This document shows positions 29,270-38,061 of a stretch of 55,885 bases of DNA, in pieces. The stretch spans positions 1 to 55,885 of the forward strand of contig CBDUYR010000014.1 of NCBI GenBank assembly GCA_965371515.1. The letters run 5' to 3'. Each line of letters opens with the position of its first letter. Position 1 is the stretch's first letter. The position numbers and the translations under genes are program-made. The stretch is from an uncultured bacterium. Lineage in GTDB: Bacteria; Krumholzibacteriota; Krumholzibacteriia; Krumholzibacteriales; Krumholzibacteriaceae. The notes beneath the pieces were generated by a model that did no database searches, was not told where the DNA came from, and saw only the letters and a program-made list of their open reading frames with translations.

Positions 29270-29977
29270 TCAGCCGACGAATATCTTCTTGAATCCCGCT
29301 ACCAATTTGTCTAAAAGTCCGGTCTCCCCAAATCCTGAGGCCCCCCCATCTAGCTTGGCCAGGACCTTATTTGCCAGAGAATGGTCGGGATCCCATTTCA
29401 GCGCGTTTTTGAAATGCTTGACAGCCAGGTTTTTCAGACCGGCCTTGAAGTAGACAAAACCGAGGTTCGCGTGAAAATCGGCGCTGTAGAACTCGATCTC
29501 GATCGATTTCCTGCATGCGTCCCTCGCCTCGTGGAGATCTGAGTTTGTCATCGCCAGGCAGAAGCCGTACCAGCTGTGATACGCCGGATCCGAAGAATCG
29601 AACCTGATCGCCGTTCTCAGCAGCATTATCGCCTTATCGTACCTTCCGACCCTCATCGACTCGCGAGCCTGCTTGAACGCCACCAATGCGCCTCTGCCGT
29701 CCTGCTCGTGCATTTCCTTGCCGTCCCTTGTGGCGCCTCCCATCACGCGTATCGATTCGTCGTATTCCCTGCGCTTCTCGGGATCACCCAGGGTACTGTA
29801 AGCTTCGTTGATAGACTTGAACTTTTCCCTGTTCTCGGGCTTGTCGCCTGCTACGTCGGGATGGTACAGCTTGGCCAAGCGGAAGTAGTTCTTCTTAATA
29901 TCCGCATCGGAGGACTTTGCATATACTTCCAGTATGGAATAAAAGTCAATCTTTTTATTGGTCGTGTTTACGGCCAC
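29270..29977 (-). CDS. J-domain (DnaJ class C) + TPR protein
   Basis: DFYSILEV, YHPD, INEAYSTLGDPEKRREYD, then about 3 TPRs. Confidence 0.88.
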   Translation of the reverse strand: MAVNTTNKKIDFYSILEVYAKSSDADIKKNYFRLAKLYHPDVAGDKPENREKFKSINEAYSTLGDPEKRREYDESIRVMGGATRDGKEMHEQDGRGALVAFKQARESMRVGRYDKAIMLLRTAIRFDSSDPAYHSWYGFCLAMTNSDLHEARDACRKSIEIEFYSADFHANLGFVYFKAGLKNLAVKHFKNALKWDPDHSLANKVLAKLDGGASGFGETGLLDKLVAGFKKIFVG

Positions 29978-30919
29978 TTACTTCTCACTCCCTACAGGTG
30001 AAAGTTCCTTCATGAGATTTTTCGCCAGTTCATTCGCCGGATCGATATTGAGGACCAGGTCGAGGTTCTTCCTCGCTTCCTCCCGTGCACCCTTCTCGTA
30101 AAGCGACAGAGCGAGATTGAGCCTCGCCTTGAGGTATTCCGGATTTATCTTGAGTGCCGTCTCGAATTCCATTATCGCGTCGTCGGTCATCCCGGTATTG
30201 GCATAGGCGATACCGAGCATGTTGTGCAGGTCGGGATAATTCGGATGAAGAGAAAGGGACTTCTTGAGCTCGGCGAGAGCGAAATCATAATCGCCGTTCT
30301 GTATTGATTCGAGTGCGAGCTGCTTGCTGACCTGAGAAGAGGAAGGCCTCTCCTCGAGAAGCTTCCTGAAGAGATCCCTGATATCTTCGTTGCCGGAATC
30401 GTGGTTCACCAGTCCAGTGAGTTCCTGGACCTGATCGATGAAGAACGCGGGAGAAGCCGAGAGGCTTGAGACGAGTTCCTCCGCGGAACGATCATGCTTG
30501 CCGTCGAGCCAGTAACTCCTGGAAAGCATGATGCGCGCTCTGAAATATTTCGGGTTGATCACCAGGGCTCTCTTGATGCTTTCCCTTGAATTGACCCTGT
30601 TCCCTGTCTTTTCGTAGAGCTTTCCGAGTCCGTAATGGACGTCGGCGTATTTCGGCTGGATCTCGATCGCCTTCTCGAGCTGCTTGACGGCGGCCGATGT
30701 ATCACCGTCGCCGTCGAGTTTCTTCGAATACTCGATGTAGGATTCGACCATGTACATCCGGATAAGTTCCTGATCCTTGCCGGCGCTCAGTCCACCGGAA
30801 TGTTCGAGGTAGGCTTCGAATTCCCTGCATGATTTTCTGTACTCGCCCTTGTTTAAGAACCCAATGGCTTTCTTGAGATTGTTTTTCGGGAGAAACTTGA
30901 GAAACCTTTCAGCGAACAT
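29978..30919 (-). CDS. Tetratricopeptide repeat protein
   Basis: TPR units AIEIQPKYADVHYGLG, ALVINPKY, HPNYPDLHNMLG, ALKINPEY. Confidence 0.85.
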   Translation of the reverse strand: MFAERFLKFLPKNNLKKAIGFLNKGEYRKSCREFEAYLEHSGGLSAGKDQELIRMYMVESYIEYSKKLDGDGDTSAAVKQLEKAIEIQPKYADVHYGLGKLYEKTGNRVNSRESIKRALVINPKYFRARIMLSRSYWLDGKHDRSAEELVSSLSASPAFFIDQVQELTGLVNHDSGNEDIRDLFRKLLEERPSSSQVSKQLALESIQNGDYDFALAELKKSLSLHPNYPDLHNMLGIAYANTGMTDDAIMEFETALKINPEYLKARLNLALSLYEKGAREEARKNLDLVLNIDPANELAKNLMKELSPVGSEK

Positions 30920-30984
30920 AATATCTGACCTTTCTTGTCTCTCTTACGGTTCATGTGTCTTCAAGACACCCCTCGCGGAATGAT

Positions 30985-31002
30985 AAGCAAGTCACAGGCC
31001 AA
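30985..31002 (-). promoter_or_regulatory. Putative sigma54 (-24/-12) promoter of the TPR/J-TPR genes
   Basis: TTGGCCTGTGACTTGCTT (TGGC-N7-TTGC). IHF-like TACCAACAGATTG (1 mismatch) at 31050-31062. Confidence 0.6.
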
Positions 31003-31198
31003 ACGGGATACTATGAGGCACTTCGGCTTCTAAATGCCAATTGCTTCTATACCAACAGATTGTATCAACTGTTGATGCAAGATGCAGTGAATTGGAGCCT
31101 GTCCGACTGAATTCATGGCAGGATAAATGCCGTATTGATGAAAATCCTGACGTATGCTTGAGGTAACCCATGCATAATGCAAAGGTTGTACTGGAGTG

Positions 31199-33226
31199 TC
31201 AATCGTCGTAAAAGGAGGTCTGTTCACAATAAGCAGCCATCGAGTCGAGGACTCGGCGGACGTAGCGTCTTGTCTCTGCAGGGCCTATGAGCTCGAGCGC
31301 TGCCAGCGGATCACTTTGCGGCCTGAACTTCTTTTTCCATGACCTCATTCTCCCGTGACCGGCATTATAGGCGGCCAGTGACGCAACTATTGAATCTTCG
31401 GAACGGTCGAGAAGAAATCGTAGATACCAGCATCCCGCTGCGACATTGAATCCTGGATCTTCCAGATCAGACACCGTGACACCCTTTCTGCCTATCTTAC
31501 GCCCTATCCACTCACCGGTCGAAGGCATGATCTGCATCAGGCCATAGGCGCCAGCCGACGACATGATGTTCTCGTCGAACCTGCTTTCCTCCCTGATGAC
31601 CGCAAGCACCATCTCTGGCGGGAGGCTTCGCATGTCAGAGGCTCCATCGATCTCGGAACCATACGCGAAAGGGTATAGGAATTCGATGTAATCTTCCCTG
31701 CCGGTAAACAGATCGGGGTTAGCGACCACCATCTCCAGACAGAGACTCTCGATCCCTGCCTCTCTCGCCTCCTCGTAAATGATCTCTATGCCTTTTGACT
31801 CGTTCTTCCCTTCGAGCACCGTTACATATCCACGTGCGCATTCGGAGGCCGCAGCCTTCATTCCTTCACGGACGAGATATATGAACGCCCCGAGGGAAGG
31901 ATGATCGACGGCCGTGCCGGTCCCGGGGAACGGAGACTCCCGTGTGGTTATCGACAGCCGACTGATCGAGGGAAGGTCCGGGCGATCCATGTTTACAGTC
32001 AGAAAGCCCGGCCCGTCCTCGAGCAACCTTGCGTAAAACGACTGCGCGGATTCCCCGCTCAGGATCATCGCATGATCCGAACGCAGCTTCTCGTCGCTGC
32101 AAGTCCTTACGATCCAGTACAGGTACGCCGCCCGGAGCCTGCCCCTTACTCCCTGAAGATTGTCGATAAGAACTGTGCATGCCTCTCTCTTTCTTCCCAT
32201 CCTTTCGAGTGACACGGCCATTCCGAGTATCGCTTCTCTGCCGAGAAGGGTCTTCGGTCCGGCATCAGCTATCCGCTTCCATGTATCCACGGCGTCTTCC
32301 CATTTGCCGGAAGATACCTCTATCCTGGCCGCCCTGTCCGTCGACATTTCTGCAAACGGGTCGTTCGGATAGTAGAGCCCGTATATCTTGTAACTGGCCG
32401 AAGAGTCACTGAACCTCTTCATTCTGTACTGAAGTGCGGCAAGCCGCTGAAGCGCTTTTTTCTTTCCCTCAACCGGGCAGATCCCGGACCGGAAGACCGA
32501 CCTGTAGCGCGCAAGCGCATTAGATCTATTTCCGGAAGCGGAAAGCAGATCGCCTTCGAGGATATCCTTCAGCCAGGCATCTTCTCCATTTGATCCGACC
32601 ATTACGATGAGACGCTCAGCCGTAGAGTAGTCTCTCGCCGAGATCGCCGCCGCGGTTAATCTCTCTACTATCTCGCCGGAGACTCCGGGCGCATATAAAG
32701 TCCCGTCGCCTGCCAGCTCGTTAAGCAGTTCCATCTCTTCCTCACCCGGCCTGCCTCGTGCTGCGAGTGTAAGACTCGATATCGCTGCAGAGCTGTCGCC
32801 GAGCTCGAAATAATGGCGTCCCATGAGCAGCAGTGAACGAGGAGCGAGAGACGCCAGGAGTTCATCGGTGACGAAGGGCAGAGCGATCTCCGGACCTCCG
32901 CACAGGATGGCGATGTCGATCAGCCTTCCGCTTTTTGGATGACCTCCCGCCTCACCGGAATATACCAGCCGGGACGCCGATACTGCCCGCTCGGCAGCGC
33001 TGACGCTGTCTCCGGAAGAGAGAAACGCTTCCGCCCTTACGCAAAGCCTGTATACCTCGAGCCAGGGATTTGATTCTCGAAGGGCTGAGAGTTCCAGTGC
33101 CGTGGAAAAGCTGTCAGATTCAAGCGCCCTCATCGCGTCTGCCAGAGAATTTCCCCTGGCGCCACTGGCCGGCAAACACAGATAAGCAGTTATCGAGATC
33201 AGAAGCAGTCTTTTCCAAATGATCAT
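31199..33226 (-). CDS. Slt70-like lytic transglycosylase with TPR-like superhelix
   Basis: Signal peptide; AVIREESRF (catalytic Glu), GLMQIMP, AAYNAG. Confidence 0.9.
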   Translation of the reverse strand: MIIWKRLLLISITAYLCLPASGARGNSLADAMRALESDSFSTALELSALRESNPWLEVYRLCVRAEAFLSSGDSVSAAERAVSASRLVYSGEAGGHPKSGRLIDIAILCGGPEIALPFVTDELLASLAPRSLLLMGRHYFELGDSSAAISSLTLAARGRPGEEEMELLNELAGDGTLYAPGVSGEIVERLTAAAISARDYSTAERLIVMVGSNGEDAWLKDILEGDLLSASGNRSNALARYRSVFRSGICPVEGKKKALQRLAALQYRMKRFSDSSASYKIYGLYYPNDPFAEMSTDRAARIEVSSGKWEDAVDTWKRIADAGPKTLLGREAILGMAVSLERMGRKREACTVLIDNLQGVRGRLRAAYLYWIVRTCSDEKLRSDHAMILSGESAQSFYARLLEDGPGFLTVNMDRPDLPSISRLSITTRESPFPGTGTAVDHPSLGAFIYLVREGMKAAASECARGYVTVLEGKNESKGIEIIYEEAREAGIESLCLEMVVANPDLFTGREDYIEFLYPFAYGSEIDGASDMRSLPPEMVLAVIREESRFDENIMSSAGAYGLMQIMPSTGEWIGRKIGRKGVTVSDLEDPGFNVAAGCWYLRFLLDRSEDSIVASLAAYNAGHGRMRSWKKKFRPQSDPLAALELIGPAETRRYVRRVLDSMAAYCEQTSFYDD

Positions 33227-33240
33227 AGTGTTCGGGATAC

Positions 33241-33257
33241 TGGCAAGAGTGATGCCT
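33241..33257 (-). promoter_or_regulatory. Possible sigma54 promoter of the SLT gene
   Basis: AGGCATCACTCTTGCCA (GG-N10-GC). Confidence 0.4.
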
Positions 33258-33274
33258 GAATCATGGTCTTCGGA

Positions 33275-34825
33275 TCATTCCCATTCGATCGTGCTGGGCG
33301 GCTTGGAACTGATGTCGTATACGACCCTGTTGACCCCATCGACCTTGTTAATTATTTCGCTCGCTATATCCTGCAGGAAATCGTAAGGGAGCCTTGACCA
33401 GTCGGCCGTCATACCGTCGGTGCTCGTCACCGCCCTGAGGACAGCGGTCTTCTGGTAGGTACGCTCGTCTCCCATAACGCCTACGCTTTTTACGGGAAGC
33501 AGTACGGCAAACGCCTGCCAGACATCGTTGTAAAGGCCCTCGCGCCTGAGGCCGTCTATGAAGATCCTGTCGACCCTGCGCAGGAGATCGAGGTCTTCCC
33601 TGACGATTTCTCCGGGGACCCTGACCGCCAGGCCCGGCCCGGGGAACGGGTGCCGCTCTATCTGAATGGCCGGCAGATCGAGAAACCTTCCCACATCCCT
33701 TACCTCGTCCTTGAAGAGAAGCGCGAGTGGCTCGATGAGCTCGAAGCTCATCTCGTCGGGAAGGCCGCCTACATTGTGGTGTGATTTGATAGTATCGGAA
33801 GGACCTCCCGTCGACCGGCTCTCGATCACGTCGGGATAGAGTGTCCCCTGGGCCAGGAAGGTGAATGGTCCGTGCTTTTCGCTCTCCCTCTCAAAGACGT
33901 CGATGAAAGCAGCTCCTATTATCTTTCTCTTCTCCTCCGGCTCGGTGACTCCATCGAGCCTCGAAAGGAATTCGTCCGCTGCGTCAACGAAAACGAGCTC
34001 GGTACTGAGACAGCCTGCAAGTATATCCTGGACTTCTATCGCCTCGTTTTCCCTCAGGAGTCCATTGTCAACGAATACCGGGACGAGACGTTTTCCGATC
34101 GCCCGGTCGACAAGTGCTGCCATCACGGAGCTGTCCACACCGCCGCTCACAGCGCACAGCACCCTTGCGTCGCCCACTCTATCCCTGATCCGCGATATTT
34201 CCAGCTCGACGAACGATTTTGAGCTCCACACCCTGTCGCAACCGCAGATCTCAAAGAGGAAATTCTGCAGTATCTCGATTCCATTCTCCGTGTGAAAGAC
34301 CTCTGGATGGAACTGCAGGCCGTATATCCGCTCCTCGTCATTGCTCATGGCGGCTATGGGACAGCCTGCAGACGAAGCGATCGTCTTGAAACCGGAAGGC
34401 ATCGATTTGAGGCGAACACCGTGACTCATCCAGACCTTCTGATCCACGGGAGTCCCCCTGAAGAGGGCGGTATCTGTATCGGCCTCGATCCTGGTGTGTC
34501 CGTACTCCCTGTGGTCGGCCCTCTCGAGCTCGGCCCCTTTCATCTGAGATATGAGCTGCATGCCGTAACATATACCAAGTACAGGGATTCCAATAGAGAG
34601 TATATCCGCCGCAAGACAAGGAGCGTTTTCCTCGGTCAGATCGGACGGGCCGCCTGAAAGGATGATTCCTTTCGGCTTTTCGTGCAAGATCTCTTCGATT
34701 CCGGTTGAATGCGGGAGGATGACGGAGAATACTTTCTCCGCCCTTATCCTGCGTGCGATCAGCTGGGTGTACTGCGATCCGAAATCGAGGATGACAATCG
34801 ATTCACCTTCCCACTCCCTCATCAT
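33275..34825 (-). CDS. guaA: GMP synthase (glutamine-hydrolysing)
   Basis: LDFGSQY, GICYG, QFHPE, SGGVDS, IKSHHN, PFPGPGL, TIEWE. Confidence 0.97.
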   Translation of the reverse strand: MMREWEGESIVILDFGSQYTQLIARRIRAEKVFSVILPHSTGIEEILHEKPKGIILSGGPSDLTEENAPCLAADILSIGIPVLGICYGMQLISQMKGAELERADHREYGHTRIEADTDTALFRGTPVDQKVWMSHGVRLKSMPSGFKTIASSAGCPIAAMSNDEERIYGLQFHPEVFHTENGIEILQNFLFEICGCDRVWSSKSFVELEISRIRDRVGDARVLCAVSGGVDSSVMAALVDRAIGKRLVPVFVDNGLLRENEAIEVQDILAGCLSTELVFVDAADEFLSRLDGVTEPEEKRKIIGAAFIDVFERESEKHGPFTFLAQGTLYPDVIESRSTGGPSDTIKSHHNVGGLPDEMSFELIEPLALLFKDEVRDVGRFLDLPAIQIERHPFPGPGLAVRVPGEIVREDLDLLRRVDRIFIDGLRREGLYNDVWQAFAVLLPVKSVGVMGDERTYQKTAVLRAVTSTDGMTADWSRLPYDFLQDIASEIINKVDGVNRVVYDISSKPPSTIEWE

Positions 34826-34840
34826 ACGCTGATACTCCTC

Positions 34841-36403
34841 CTAGTGCCTGAAATGCCTTCTGCCTGTGATCGCCATCGTTATACCGAGGCTCTCGGCAAC
34901 TGCGATCACTTCATCGTCCCTTATCGATCCTCCGGGCTGGATAATGCATCTCACCCCGGCCTCGACCAGAGTCTCGACGCCGTCCGGAAAGGGGAAGAAC
35001 GCGTCGGAACCTGCCGCTGCGCCTTCTATCGTGATCCCTTCCCTCTGCGCTTTGTCGACCGCTATTCTGCATGAATCGACCCTGCTCATCTGACCTGCCC
35101 CCACGCCGACTGTCCCGAGGGAATCGCAGATGACGATTCCATTCGACTTCATGTGCTTTACTACCTTCCACGCGAGGCGCATCGCCTTCTCATCATCGGA
35201 AGAGGGCTTTTTCGAGGTAACGATCTCGAGTTTCTCGATTTCGGGAAATCCGGTGTCTCTCTCCTGGACGAGAAGCATCGGCCCGGCCTCCCTGGAGACG
35301 AGACCGGTGATATCCCGGTCCCATTCCTCTTCGGGGATAGTGATCAGCCGGAGGTTCTTTTTCTTCTTCAGGGCCTCGAGCGCGCCGTCGGTGAATCCCC
35401 TGGCAAGTATGACCTCGACGAATCCCTCCCTGGAGGCAACTGCGAGATCCTCGTCAACGATCCCGTTGATGGAAATGACGCTGCCGAAGGCCGACACTGG
35501 ATCGGTCCTTCTTGCCTGTAGGAAACTATTCCCGACAGTATCGCAGACCGCCGCGCCGCATGGATTCATATGCTTGAGGATTGCGCATGCGTTATCACCG
35601 AGATCACGGGCGAGCAGAAACGCCGCCCACATGTCCTGAATGTTGTTGAAAGAGAGTTCTTTTCCCTGGTGCTGAACGAATTCGTGAAACGACCCGGAAG
35701 GCGATTCCTCGATGTAGAGGGCCGCCTTCTGGTGCGGGTTCTCGCCGTACCTCAGGGAGCGCGACTTCCTGTATATGCCGATCCTCTCCTCAGGCATCTC
35801 CCCTGGGGCCTCGTTCTTGTCGAACCAGGCGGAAATCGCCGAATCGTAAGAAGCTGTGTGATGAAAAGCCTTCGACGCCAGGCTTCTTCGCGTATCGTCG
35901 GTAACGGCCCCCTCGTTCGTATCCATCTCCTCGAGGATCTTCTCGTAATCCGAGGGGTCGGTCACGATCGATACGGAATCGTGATTCTTCGCCGCCGACC
36001 TGATGAGAGTCGGCCCGCCGATGTCGATCTGCTCAACTATGTCCTTCGCTGAAAGAGACGGGTCCGAGGACGCTTCCCTGAAACGGTAAAGGTTCACCGC
36101 AACCAGGTCGATAAGACCTATCCCCAACTCCGAGGCCTGGTCGATGTGATCCTTCTTGCTCCTGTCTGCGAGGATGCCACCGTGAACCTTCGGGTGAAGG
36201 GTCTTTACGCGACCGTCCATGCATTCGGGAAATCCAGTCAGATCGCTTATCCCGATAACCTCTATCCCGGCATCCCTTATCGTACGTGCCGTTCCACCGG
36301 ATGCGATGATCTCGATTCCTCTCCCGGCGAGTCCGCGTGCGAAATCGACCACTCCCGTCTTGTCGGTAACGCTGATCAGGGCTCTCTCGATCTTGCGATT
36401 CAT
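34841..36403 (-). CDS. purH: AICAR transformylase / IMP cyclohydrolase
   Basis: RALISV, GRVKTLHP, IDIGG, RYGENPHQ, KHMNPCG, SDAFFPF, RHFRH. Confidence 0.97.
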   Translation of the reverse strand: MNRKIERALISVTDKTGVVDFARGLAGRGIEIIASGGTARTIRDAGIEVIGISDLTGFPECMDGRVKTLHPKVHGGILADRSKKDHIDQASELGIGLIDLVAVNLYRFREASSDPSLSAKDIVEQIDIGGPTLIRSAAKNHDSVSIVTDPSDYEKILEEMDTNEGAVTDDTRRSLASKAFHHTASYDSAISAWFDKNEAPGEMPEERIGIYRKSRSLRYGENPHQKAALYIEESPSGSFHEFVQHQGKELSFNNIQDMWAAFLLARDLGDNACAILKHMNPCGAAVCDTVGNSFLQARRTDPVSAFGSVISINGIVDEDLAVASREGFVEVILARGFTDGALEALKKKKNLRLITIPEEEWDRDITGLVSREAGPMLLVQERDTGFPEIEKLEIVTSKKPSSDDEKAMRLAWKVVKHMKSNGIVICDSLGTVGVGAGQMSRVDSCRIAVDKAQREGITIEGAAAGSDAFFPFPDGVETLVEAGVRCIIQPGGSIRDDEVIAVAESLGITMAITGRRHFRH

Positions 36404-37296
36404 TTTATATACCTCTCGATATTGAGATCGGGAAATAGCATCTTCACGGCCAGCGCGTAGCGGTCGCTCGTTTTCTCTACTATATCGGCGGGCAGTTCGG
36501 GAGCCGGCGGCTCATGGTCCCATCCGCTCTCGTCGAGAAAATCCCTGACGAACTGCTTGTCGAGGCTTTCCTGTTGATGCCCCGCCTCGTATTTATCGAC
36601 GAGCCAGAATCTGGACGAGTCAGGGGTCAGGACCTCGTCTATCACGATGATCTGGTCGTCGGTCACGCCGAACTCGAATTTCGTATCTGCGATTATTATA
36701 CCTCTGGAGAGGGCGTATTCGCTCGCCCTCGTGTACAGTTCCAGGCTCATCTTCTCGAGATCGCGCGCGGTCTTCTCGCCGACGATCTTCGCCGCCTCCT
36801 CGATCGAGATGTTTTCGTCATGTCCCGAGTCCGCCTTGGTCGACGGCGTGAAGATCGGCTTCTCCAGCTTGTCGGAGTTCTTCAGTCCTTCGGGAAGCCT
36901 TATTCCGCATACAGCACCCGTATTCTTGTATTCCTTCCATCCCGATCCGGAGATATACCCGCGGACGATGCATTCGATATCGAGCCTGTGAGCCTTCTTG
37001 ACAAGCATGGACCTGCCCGCGAGCTGATCGTGGAACGCGTTGAAAGGATCCGGGAAATCGTCGATGTCTACCGAGATCATGTGATTCGGGACTGTGTCAA
37101 ACTTTTCGAACCAGGCGGCCGAGATCGTGTTCAGTACAACTCCCTTACCCGGTATTGGAGTCGGTATCACCGAATCAAATGCGGATACCCGGTCGGTTGC
37201 GACGATGATCAGCATCTCGCCGAGATCGTAGATGTCTCTAACCTTGCCCCTGTATTCGGGAATGATCCCAGGCAGGCTGCTTTTATCGTTATTCAT
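36400..37296 (-). CDS. purC: SAICAR synthetase
   Basis: GKVRDIY, DRVSAFD, TPSTK, DTKFEFG, TPDSSRFW. Confidence 0.96.
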   Translation of the reverse strand: MNNDKSSLPGIIPEYRGKVRDIYDLGEMLIIVATDRVSAFDSVIPTPIPGKGVVLNTISAAWFEKFDTVPNHMISVDIDDFPDPFNAFHDQLAGRSMLVKKAHRLDIECIVRGYISGSGWKEYKNTGAVCGIRLPEGLKNSDKLEKPIFTPSTKADSGHDENISIEEAAKIVGEKTARDLEKMSLELYTRASEYALSRGIIIADTKFEFGVTDDQIIVIDEVLTPDSSRFWLVDKYEAGHQQESLDKQFVRDFLDESGWDHEPPAPELPADIVEKTSDRYALAVKMLFPDLNIERYIK

Positions 37297-37912
37297 CACT
37301 TATCAGAACTCTCCTTCCCTCGATCCTCAATCTTCCCTCTGCATATAGCCGGACTGCCTCAGGATATGCCTTGTGCTCCTCTGCGAGTATCCTCTCGCTG
37401 AGCGAATCCTCGCCATCGTCTTCCATCACGGGTACGACCTTTTGTATTATTATCTGGCCTGTGTCGATCCCGGCGTCGATGAAGTGCACAGTGCACCCGG
37501 AGTATCTGACGCCGTAATCGAGAGCCTGCTTCTGTCCGTGCAGGCCCTTGAAGCTTGGAAGCAGTGCCGGATGGATATTGAGCATCCTGCCGTTGTATTC
37601 CTCCAGCAGCCTTCCCTTTACTATCCTCATGAATCCTGCGAGGCACACGAGTTCGACCCCGCGCTCCCGGCAGAGACGGAACATCTCCTCGCTCGATTCG
37701 AGTGACATCGATCCCCTTTTCGGGCCGCAGTCGATCACGACGCTCTCGATGCCTGTCTCCCGTGCGAATACGAGCGCTCCGGCTTCCGCGTTGTCCGAGA
37801 GGAGTATCACTATCTCCGCGGGATAGCCTTCCTCCCTGCATGCTCCTGCAAGCGCACTGAAATTACTGCCCCGTCCGGATGCAAGTACAGCGATCTTCAT
37901 CTTCTCTTTCAT
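37289..37912 (-). CDS. purN: Phosphoribosylglycinamide formyltransferase
   Basis: SGRGSN, LAGFMRI, NIHPALLP, GCTVH. Start uncertain within 37900-37918. Confidence 0.95.
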   Translation of the reverse strand: MKEKMKIAVLASGRGSNFSALAGACREEGYPAEIVILLSDNAEAGALVFARETGIESVVIDCGPKRGSMSLESSEEMFRLCRERGVELVCLAGFMRIVKGRLLEEYNGRMLNIHPALLPSFKGLHGQKQALDYGVRYSGCTVHFIDAGIDTGQIIIQKVVPVMEDDGEDSLSERILAEEHKAYPEAVRLYAEGRLRIEGRRVLISDE

Positions 37913-38032
37913 CATCACTCCCTGATTGAGAAAGCCGACCGCGAAGTCCTGGCTTGCTGGATTCGGCCGCCGGACACGGCAGCCTGTCAGAAGCCCGGCG
38001 CCGTATCCTGCGCCGGACCTGTTGATGGGTGG

Positions 38033-38061
38033 ATATTATCCGCCAAATCTCCATCAGTCAA
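38033..38061 (-). promoter_or_regulatory. Putative sigma70 promoter of purN-purC-purH-guaA
   Basis: TTGACT-17 bp-TAATAT, overlapping the comEC stop codon. Confidence 0.65.

Noticed and set aside
37919..38030. ZTP, PRPP or guanine riboswitch in the pur leader
   Set aside because: I could not find their conserved cores by eye; kept only as an unknown structured leader.
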